Origin: Octopus bimaculoides
Taxonomy: Eukaryota
Reading direction: 5' to 3'
NCBI RefSeq assembly: GCF_001194135.2
Contig: NC_068985.1
Coordinates: 85,199,638 to 85,238,324 of the forward strand
Length of the DNA stretch: 38,687 bases
Below, piece after piece: positions 22,929 to 34,443 of this stretch. Positions within the stretch are counted from its first letter, which is position 1, and the number at the start of each line of letters is the position of its first letter. The notes beneath the pieces were generated by a model, which did not search any database, was not told the DNA's origin, and was given only the letters and a program-made list of their open reading frames with translations. Both the position numbers and the translations under genes were made by a program.

Positions 22929-25900
22929 CATATTACTTTCTTACTTTCATTTTAGTCCTTTTTTCAAAGCTTATCTTTCTTAATATTCATCCTTATTTAT
23001 ATTTCCAAGTAATGGATAACATATTCACACAGATCTGTATCTGTCAGAGCTATATTATGCAACAAATTATGGAAGCAAAATTCATTTTTACCATAAATTA
23101 ATAAATAAAAAAATGAATACCTTTAAATTTTTGTAAATTTTGGGTAATTTTAGCCAATCAAAAGCCACAGACCAATTGGTTTCTGTTTCCATAGTAAGAA
23201 ACCAGGGTATAATCTGCTTTAAGGTCAATCGAAAGCCAGACATAATAGTACCTGTTTCCATAGTAACAAACCAAGGTATAGTCTGCTTTCCCACCACATA
23301 TGTTTTACCTGTCTGTTGCTGCCGTGTCATTACCTTTACTTGTTATATTGTTTATATGCCTATTCCAACATTTCACATGACTTTATTCATTAAAACTTAT
23401 TACAACTTTCATTGTAATCATCATCATCATAATGCTATTGTCTAACGGTGTCATGTTGTCATAGACAGCTATCATGCAGAAAATGCCAGCTTTCCAAAAC
23501 ACATTTTCTGATTGGGTAAAAATGATTAAACAATGTAACATTTTTCTACATTTTTTTCTGGAACAAGTGAATATTAACATCAGATTCAGCATGAAAAATT
23601 ACATCAATATACCAAATTTGAAATTTCTCACTTAATCTTAAAATTTCAAAAAGTGTGAACGAAACAGAAAGGATGTTAGACTAGACATTACAGTATCATA
23701 CAATGAATAGCATACTAAACAATCTAGACACTAACCTGCTGACTGTGTCATTTCTGAAGAATCAGAAAGACAATCTCTTGAAGAACTCTCCACTATGACT
23801 GGACGTTCCAACTTTTCCCCTTTGTCAGCTTTGTCCTCAGCTGTGGAACCTGAACTTAACAATCTGGACATTTTCCATTTCTTTGAACGATCAGCTTTTG
23901 ATTTAGAGCTGGGTGCATCAAGCTGGACAATTGTAGGTTTCCTTTTCTTGAATACCTTCCGTACACTCTTATTTTCATCTCCTTTTGGTAAAATAGCATC
24001 TGTTGGTGGAGAAAAAAGGACAGATGTAGTTATAGTAAGAATATGTAACCTCAATCAAAGCATTGATTATGGATGTCATCTTAGATTTTGTTTTCTATCA
24101 TAATTTTGTTCATATCTAAAATGTATGATAGCAGTATTAAACTATCCCTAGTACTTGACTTTTTTTAATTTATCAAACCTAAAAATATCAAAAGGCAAGT
24201 TGATTTTGGTGGGATTTGAACTCATAACCTAAAGGGCCATAACTAGAACCTTCAAGGTGTTTTGTCTGATGCTATACTGATTAGCTAATCTACTGCCATG
24301 GAGATGATAGTAGTAGCTTAATTGTAGATGAGAATGCCAAAGGTCATAACTGAATAGCATTCCTGAACACTAGATTCTGTTATTTAATGTTGTTGTAGTA
24401 GTAATGACTATATATTAATTGCACAATTAATGCCAAGTACCCAGATATTATTGTTAAAGACACAAAAAACAAGATCTGGCTATTTATAGATATGGCAATA
24501 TCATCTGACAAAAATGTACCCGCTCAGGAATATGATAAACTTGCAAATATAAAGACTTTGAAATTGAAATAAGCAGGATGTGGCACCTGAAGTGTAAACA
24601 TGTTGAGAGGAAAATTGAATATAAAAGGCAAGAGGAGACTGCATTGGTATGGTCATGTGATGTGTATGGATGAAGACAGCAATTTTCAGAGAGGGGATCA
24701 GACATTATCATCAACCCCAATACCTGGCTGGTACTTTATTTCATCAACTTTGGAAAGATGAAAGTCAAAATTGACCTCAGTGGGATTTGAACTCTGAATG
24801 TATAGAGCCAGAACAAATACTACAAGATATTTTGTCTCAAGCTTTAACAATTCTGCCAATCTATACTTAAATTTTTAACATAAGCACAAGAGATCAATCA
24901 ACTAAATTGGCCCCAAAAGTTGGTTTGTACCTTATTTTATCAACCCTGGAAGAATGTAAGGCAAAATAGACCTTGATAGGATTTAAAATCAGAATGTATG
25001 GGGTTGGAAGAAATACTGCAAGATATTTTGATCAATATTCCAATGATTCTACCAATTAGCAGCCCTTGATAATAATGATGGCTAGTAATAATGAGTAGGA
25101 ATTTAAATTGGGTATGTGAGTATTTGAAAATATCTCACAGAGTGAGTTATGGGCTGCCCTTTGGCAAGGCATAGCACCCGTTCAGCCACCCTGCCAGGGA
25201 TATGGCAAGGTCATGGGACTGCAGCATGGTGGATTGTGAAGAGGTAGCAGAAAAGCTCAGCTGAGCCAATAGTGCTTCTTACATTGATGCTGAATGGAGG
25301 ATTCCTAAGAAAATCAACAGTCAGGATCACCAAGCTCTATCAAGAGAGTAACTGAAACACATCCATTGGAATGGCGTCCATGGTTGTGTAATCAGCTAAT
25401 AAAAGATTCACTATGACTGAAGCTCTTAATTCAAATTCATAATAAGAGAATTGGATAGCAACAGAGTTACGGGAATCTGTGAAAGCAGCAGAAGAAGAAG
25501 AAGAGAATTTAATGAAAATAAAATGAAAAAATCTTCATACCAACAGTAGGAGATCCTTCTTCTGTTTCGCCAACCTGATCTAGAGATTCATACTTGGTAA
25601 TGTTTGTATAATTAAGCATTGCATAGACTGAAGGGGACAGCAATACATTGTTAATGGACGATGGATTGAGGGGGCGTGGTCGTGGAATGGCAACTGGCCT
25701 GGGAGTGGACCTGCCACTGGAAGAGGTTACCTCTGATAACAAGTTCCGATACAGAGACCCAGAATCATGTGTGTGTAATATCTCCTGGTCATACAAATTC
25801 TCCAAAGGTTCTTCACAGTTTTCTGGAGAAGTTAGGATGGAGTTCTTGTCACATTCCTCATTCTCAATTAAGATCTGTTGCATTGAATTCTCAAAAAATT

Positions 25901-28900
25901 CTGATGGTGATTTATGATTCTCAATATAAGGCTGAACACCATTTTGATTTAAGAATAAGGAAAGACGGTCAGACTGCAAACAGTTAGAGTCCTTTTGGAA
26001 TGGTGCTGAAGTGGAAATACCAGAATCAATATTGGTCTTAGCCTCAGACTTTTCTTTTGGAAATTCACAGTTTTCATCCACTTTTTCTTTGGGTCTATTT
26101 AAGTATGATGGCAATGCAGATAATCTTGTAGTAACAGCCATGTCTTTTGGTATGATTTTATTCTGCAAGAATGAACCTGCCACACTTTTGCCAAGTTCCT
26201 GGTAATTTGACACACCTGTTTCATTCAAAGACTGTGGGGAAGAGGATAATGAGATCATGAATTCTAGTCTTAGGTCTTCAGAAAGTTTGTGTCGCTGCTT
26301 GCTTTGTAACCATGAAATACAGTTAGTGACTGTCATTAGCGACAATTTCTTGATTTCTGAACCCCGGTAGAAAATGTACATTTCATTTTCTATCACAGCA
26401 ATGTCATTAATTTCTGGAGAGAGAAAAGAAAAAATAGGAAAAAAATTAGAAAAAGAAGGAAATAAAGGATGAAATGCAAAAAAAAAATAATAATAAAAGG
26501 ATCAAACAAAGAAAAGAGGAATGAACATGAGAAACAAAAAGAGGAATTGAACAAGAAGCAAAATGTGGTTCTCCAACCCCTCTAGGTGGGTAGGAACTCT
26601 AAATAAATAAGAACTGACTTAGATTGTGACAACCTGCCCAATATACATCAGCAAGGAAAGCAGACGTAAAAACGATGAGGTCAATGACGATGATACATAC
26701 TATATAGTGTATACTGTACTAAACAAATTACACAAATTTGATCAGGAGAAAGCATGAGTGAATTGTTCAAATTAATTAAGTTGGACTGGAAGATTTTATT
26801 TGTTTAAGGCAACACCTTAAAGAAGTTTAGTCAAATGATTCAATTCCAGTACTTACATTTTTCTATTAAGCCTAGTATTTATTCTATTGATATATTTTGC
26901 CAAACCGCTAAGTTACAGGGATGTAAACATACCAACACCATAGTAGGGGACAAACACAGACGCAAAGACACACACACACACACACACACACATAATGGGC
27001 TTCTTTTAGTTTTTGTCTTCCAAATCCACTCACAAGACTTTGGTAGGCCTGAGGCTATAGTAGAAGACATTTGCTCATAATAGAAGATACAGTGTGACTA
27101 AAACTGGAACTATATAGCTAGGAAGCAAACTTCTCACTACTCAGCCATACCTGCACCTGTACCACATAAAAAGTCATACAGAATTGCATGCAACCTGAGT
27201 GTCACGAATTGCTCCTTTGTTTCAGTCATTTGACTGCGGCCTTGCTGGAGCACTGCCTTTAGTCGAATAAATCGACCCCAGGACTTATTCTTTGTAAGCC
27301 TAGTACGTATTCTATCGGTGTCTTTTGCTGAACTGCTAGGTTACAGGGACGTAAACACACCAGCATTGGTTGTCAAGTGATGGTGGAGAGACAAACATGT
27401 ACATATATATATTCGACAGGCTTCTTCTAGTTTCTGTCTACCAAATCCACTCACAAGGCTTTGGTCAGCCCGAGGCTATAGAAGAAGACACTAGCCCAAG
27501 GTGCCAAGCAGTGGGACTGAACCTGGAACCATGTGGTTGGTAAGCAAGCTACTTACCACACAACCACTCCTGTGGCTATGAAGCCACTCCTGCACATATA
27601 AATGAATTCTAACAGTGATTATTTCTGAATCAAGCAATCAGTTATCTCTCCTACATTCAGCTAGCATGTCATTACTGCTGAAACGTTCAGAGAAGAAATT
27701 ACTCTTGGACGCCATCTACATAATAAAAAATGACAGCTAAGTTAACAGTTAACATATTTAATGAGTGGGCACGGAAAAACTGTTGTAGATTTAGTTAATG
27801 ATACTCACATCACTCTTCCAGATATTGTGAAGCCTATTCTTGGTTAAAGGGATCTAATAATCAGAAAATGTCCTGAGTTATCTCCCATACTAGTCAATAA
27901 CAAATCGAAATTTGTATTTTTTTTTCTTCAGAAAGTCAGGGAAAATTCCTTGTGACTCTTTTATGTACCTGAGTTCAAATCCTGACCAGGTCAACTTTGC
28001 CAGTCATCCTTTCTAGAGTCAATAAAATGAAGTACTAGTCAAAACTAGTACTCCCTTCAAAACTGCTGGACTTGTGCCTAAATCAGAAATCATCAACTCT
28101 GGGAGGGGTGTTTCAATCTTATTCTGACCTCATCATAGAAGCATAGTCTTCTCTGTACTTTCCAAATAATTGATGTAAGAATTACTCAGAATAATGCATT
28201 TTTGCCCAGAACTCTACAGCTGCTGCTACTGCTACTGCTACCACCAAGTTTGAAAGGTGAATTATTGAAAAGATCAGGCATGTCAACGTAGTTAAGATGT
28301 TTACTTCAGAATAATGTGGGTCTGGGTTCAATTTCACTGTATGAAATTGGCCTGATCATGATCAATACCTTCTGAGTCAGATTTGATAGAGAAGAAACTG
28401 CACAAAAATCCATGATATACGTGTGTGTATGTGTGTGTGAGTGTGTATATATATATATATATATTTCTACATGCTTCACATTGCCACTGCTTGGATAACA
28501 GTGATATTTTTGTGCACCACATAAGCAAGAAGTCTAACAGCTAAGTCGTTTGATGTTGCAGAGACTACAGGAAAACGTACCTTACTTGAAAACAAGGGCT
28601 GGTATGAAGAAAAGCATCAAGGAATAAAATACTCATCCAACCCATACCATCAGGGAAAGAACAGATGATGAGGATGATGACAACTATGATATTGATTTCA
28701 AATTTTGGCACAAGGCCAGTAATTTCGGGGAGGGGCAAGTCGATTATCTTGACCCCATTGCATAATTGGTACTTATTTCATCGACCCCAAAAGGATGGAA
28801 GGCATAGGCTACCTTGGTGGAACTTGAACTCAGAGTGTAAAGACGGATGAAATGCTGCTAAGCATTTTGGCCGGCATGCTAATAATTCTGCCAGCAATAA

Positions 28901-31900
28901 CAGTGAGAAAGAAGAGGTAGAAAAAAGGGAAAAGTCAACGGTTTCACATACCTTTTAGATCTGCACACCAAAGAACTGTCCGCACATTAACAGGATCGAA
29001 GATAAATATGGCACTGTCGGTCCAAGCTAACAGCATATTCCTAAGCAAAAAATAAGAGAAATAATGATGGTAACATATTGTAAGGGGAAGGGAGTATATG
29101 ACTGGTTGGTATTTTATTGAGCCTGAAGTATGGATAAACTATATCCCAACAGGACTTGAGCTCAGAAAGAAAAGGCCCATAAAGGAAACTTAATCTGGCA
29201 CTTTACTGTATCTGCCACTTCACCACATTAATAAAAGAAAAAGAAAGAAGGAAATTGGTTGTTCAGTCTATCAGAAATGGCAGCTAAATCTCCTTGAAAT
29301 CACACCTTACTCTATTAAAAATGCTAAGTCAAACTGAATATAGTGTACAATATAACCCTAGATATACTGTCGGAGAAAACGATGAGATGGTTACTGCTGA
29401 AATGTAAGGGAGGGAAGCTCTATAATAGCGACTGACTTGAAATAGCAACCAAATCTCCTTCATATACCTCACTGTCTAAAATGACTTAGACAGCTTAAAA
29501 AGATGAAGTGGTCATAGCTGAAATGCATTTGATCATAGGTCTATTCAACCAGAGCTGATCCAAAGCTCAACAACAACAAGAAAGGAACTAGTGCAATACA
29601 GATAGTTCTTAACTTTTCAACTCAATTTAATTCATTCTTTATCACTCACTGACAAAAAATCTCATAAACCAGGAAGCTGAGATTTGCCTACTCTCAACAA
29701 CATGAGTTGACCTTCAGTTCAGCTGATTTGGTGTTTTGTAGCTGATGACATGAAAGAACATAGAAACATGTATCCTACAAATCAACAATGTCATTCATAG
29801 CTCAATCTATTTTTCACCCATGTTGTCGAGGAGGAGAATTATCTCCTGGGACTGTTTCTGCAGTGGAAGAACTGTCTACATACAAGAGTGCTTAAGCATG
29901 TTAGATATGAATTTATACAAATATATTTAAGACATTTGAGCGAGATCGTTGCCAGTGCCCCTGGACTGGCTCCTGTGCAGGTGGCACGTAAAATACACCA
30001 TTTTGAGCGTGGCCATTGTCAGTACCGCCTGACTGGTATTCGTGCCAGTGGCACGTAAAAGCACCCACTACACTCTCAGAGTGGTTGGTATTAGGAAGGG
30101 CATCCAGCTGTAGAAACTCTGCCAAATCAGATTGGAGCTTGGTGTAGCCATCTGGTTTTCACCAGTCCTCAGTCAAATCGTCCAACCCATGCTAGCATGG
30201 AAAGCGGACGTTAAACGATGAGGCTGATGATGATGGCAGCAAATTTGTAGTCATTAGAGTGTTGCATAGAATGCCTTGCAGTATTTGTTTTGATTTTCTA
30301 TGCACTGAGCTCAACTTTGCCGAATGTTCTTTCAGGGTCAATAAGGAAAGTACCAGTCCAGGGGTGGAGGTGGGAGGTGGGATGGTGGCAGTTTCCAAGT
30401 TGAAACTGTCCTGTCACCAAAAAACTGTGGTGACACTCCAATCAGGAGCATCTAGAATCAATGATTTGAAAAACAAATGGACATAGCTTCCTTGGTTCGA
30501 TTTGAAGATAGACTTGTTTGTGTGTGTGAGTGAATGTGCGTGTTCTAACTGTAGATCTATCTTGTTGTTTATGAGTTTCATAAGCTCCCACTTGTTGTCA
30601 GTATTATGTAATGGTTACAACTACACATGTTCTTTGTAACTGTAAGGCACACAAAAATAAACAACAATTGGGTGGTCAGGAGTCATGGTGGTGTTGTGAG
30701 GTCAGGAGACTAATGGTGAAGCCAAGTCATTAGCAGTGGTCTGTTGTCAAGAAACTCATGATGGTGTGTAGTCAATAGGTTTCAACAACAATTAATTCCA
30801 ATGAAATACTGAACATGGCCAATGACTGAGTGCCATGAGAAGAATAGAATTCTAATGTTAAAAATTTTTGTTGTTACTTTTTTTTGTATCTTTATTCAAA
30901 TTATAATTATTTTGTCACTAACAGTCAGCTCAGAAAAATTTTATCAGCCACGATAAGAAATTGGGATGAAAATAATAATTTTTTTTTAATAGAACTTACT
31001 TTATTTGCTTTATCTGAACAAAATTTACAGACAAAACATTCCATTTCTCATCTTTTGGTAGATTATATTCTTTGCACCTATAGAGAAAGAAATATCAAAA
31101 ATAAATATATAAAAGTTAATTTTGTCTCAATCATTAGAGTGTGGGCATGCTGGAGCATGTCTGCAGTCTAATTTTGAAGAATTTTTAGTTGAATGAATCA
31201 ACGCCAGTACTTTTTCAAACCTGAAACTTATTCTATCGATCTTTTTTGTCAAACTGCTAAGTTATGGTTGTCAAGTGGTGGAGGGGGAACAAACACAGAT
31301 ATACACACACACATTCAGTTTCCATTTACCAAATCCACTCACAAGACTTTGGTCAGCCTGATGCGGTAGTAGAAGACTCTTGCCCAAGGTACCCTGCAGT
31401 GGGACTGAAGCCAGAAGCAAGTGGTTGGGAAGCAAGCTTCTTACCACATAACCACGTCTGCACCTATATTAAAGAAAACATTTAATAACACCAAATTATG
31501 TTGTCCACGTTGTTTAGCATCATAGTATTAGCACTGAGTTTTCTATGGTGGTATTAGTTGGATGTGTCTGAGTACAGTATATTGTCATGCATCACACACC
31601 ATCATTTCATCTATTAAATGACACAGATCTTAGGGATTCTCACCTCACCATTTTCTCCTGTGTCTTCTTCAGTCTTCTACATATACCTTTCATCAACACT
31701 GTTTCACCAAGCATTCATAGTCTTTTCACAGAACAGTCATCTCTCTTGCACACGCACACACACACACACATGCACACACAAACTCACACTACTGCTGATA
31801 CCTTTAATGTGTAGCAGATCTCTTAGCTCGCTTGTTTACTGTCTTTCAAGCAAATTCATATTACATATTCAACAGATACAGACATGACTGTGTGGTTAGA

Positions 31901-34398
31901 AGTTTGCTTCCCAAGCACATGGTTCCAGATTCAGACCTACTGCATGGCATCGTGGACAAGTGCCTTCTACTATAGACCAGTGAGCTATGCCTGTGGAGCA
32001 CAAGCTCCTCGTAGGGCCTCTCATGCTGGACAAGTCAAAGGACAGAGGCCAAACTAATATGGAACACCTCTTGCATACAGTCAGCACCTCTACCTAGAAA
32101 AATTAAAGTTTTAGAAGCACTGATGACAATTCAAAACCAACAAGACTTGGGAGACTTGGGACTTAACAACAGCCCATAACAGTGAACAGTGGAGAAAAGT
32201 CCTCAATGGCCTATATTCCATATGGAGCAAAGAGCTTAAGCAAGTAACATATATTTGACACATTTCTCTCTAGCCTTTGCGCATCTTCCATATTCAACTC
32301 CCACATTTCACCATCATGATGCAGCACCTCATCTCATGAACAAGATCCTTTCTGTCTTCCCTTTTACCACTTAGTCAGCAAAGGAAGGGCTGCACCCATG
32401 ACTCTTAAAATTTTTCAGAGCCTCCAGAACTGGTGAAAAGACAGGAAGTTATCCTCAAACCAGAGACTTGGCTCAAATGCTTGCAACAAATCATCAAGGA
32501 TTGTGGTCAAGAAACCACAGATGGCATGTGGAAAATAAGCTAAAATTCCAGTAAAAGCACCCAAGGACTAGTTGGTGGTCTTAGACCTGACACCAGATTA
32601 ACCCTGTGGCATTTAAACCAGCCATATCCAACACAAATAGTTTCCCTTTTTTATATTCAAACTGACCAGATCTGGCCTCTCACACATACCCTACAATGTA
32701 ATTCTGAAAAATAAACTATCACATCATTAAAATCTTGAAGTTGCGAGATAATGCATAGTTAATTTAAAACTATGGGAATAGATAAATATTGTATTTGAAA
32801 GAAGAATCTGAATGCTAAAGGGTTATGTCTACCACCTAAGGACTCAGAATGCTAATACTGCAAAGCAGAAGAAATACTGCAAAGCAGAAGAAATACTGCA
32901 AAGCAGAAGAAANNNNNNNNNNCAGAAGAAATACTGCAAAGCAGAAGAAATACTGCAAAGCAGAAGAAATACTGCAAAGCATTTTATCCAACATTCTAAT
33001 AATTTCCCTAATCTACTGCTTTGAACTGATACTTTATTTTAGCAATCATGGAAGGATGAAAGGCAAAGTTGATCACAGTAAGATTTGAGAGCCAAAATAA
33101 ACACTGCCTGGTACTTTATCCTATGCTCTAGCAACTGCCAATATGATGCCTTCTTTTTTTGCCAACTGAAGTCAGTTTTAGGAGTCTCTACAAGGTAACT
33201 TGACCAGCTTGAAATAGCAGCTAAAAGCTTCCTCAAATCATACCCCTATTGTTTTCAAACAGAAAGGACACATGAGATAACCTAGTCTTAGAAATACTTG
33301 GTAAAAAAATAAAACAGAATGGTCACAGCTGGAATACCTTTGATCATAGGTTTGTTCAACAGGGGTTGACCTAGGGCTAAACAGATCTATAAAGTAACTT
33401 CTATGTGGTCATTCAACCTGCTAGAAATAGTAGCCAACTCTCACTCAAGGTACACCCTACTTAAGGCTGGATTTAGATCTAGTGGGGCCCTGGACTTATA
33501 CATTTTGGGAACTTACACAATTTTTCTAATACAAAGCATAAAGTAAAAACAGACCAATAAATCGAAAGAAAGTTCAATAATTTTAAAAGAATTCAATTAA
33601 AAAAACACTTCAACAAGTTTTAAAAAATGCAAATTATTTATTTGATGGTTGTAAATATATTTTTTCATTTTTAACTCCAAACTTTGTGCTTCTCTGAGAT
33701 AAAGGTGCTTCCAATGCTTTGCAGACCCTTGGGTAATGGCCATACATATAACCTTGACCCTTTTGTCTTCAAACAGGAAGGTTACATGAGGTATTCTAAC
33801 TCTAGAAATACTGAATAAGAGATGGAATGGTCACAAATGGAATTCTTTTATTCATAAGGCTGCTTGACTCTTCATTTCATATTGCTCAAGTTCACTCAGC
33901 TGTAGAAATGAATAGCATCGTCACTGATACTAAGCTGTATCAGCCTTTGCCTTTCCCTTGGATAACATCAGTGGCATGGAGAGGGGAGGCTGGTATGCAT
34001 GGGTGACTGTTGGTCTTCCATAAACAACCTTGCCTGGACTTGTGCCTAGGAGAGGAACTTTCAAGGTGCAATCACATGGTCAGTCATGACCAAAGGAGGT
34101 CTATTCCCTTCTTTCTTTTTTTTTAAGGCTACCTGATTGAAGATAACCTGAAGCTCAGCAACAAAAGCTTCTGTCTTACTTAATCACTAGTTAGAACAGC
34201 AAGTTAATAGAAACTATAGATGATGCTTAGTGACTCATGGGAGATGTTCATGTACTGTGTAGGATGTTTCAGTTCTGATAAAATATTTATTTCACAAATG
34301 AGTCAGCTAAATAGAAGTAGGCATACATTTATTGTTTGAGCAATCACAAACAGAAAGACAGATGGAAAGAGGAGGAAGGAGAGAGAAAGCAAGGTGAG

Positions 34399-34443
<45 letters not shown>

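Noticed and set aside
21768-22955. Long ORFs of 312-387 aa in the ORF track
   Set aside because: They are runs of X across the 928-N gap, not coding sequence
27685-27745. Penelope GIY-YIG-like peptide EKKLLLDAIYIIK
   Set aside because: Too short, with no flanking domain motifs
32854-32980. CRISPR-like array
   Set aside because: Contiguous 19-nt units without spacers in a eukaryotic intron; this is a minisatellite
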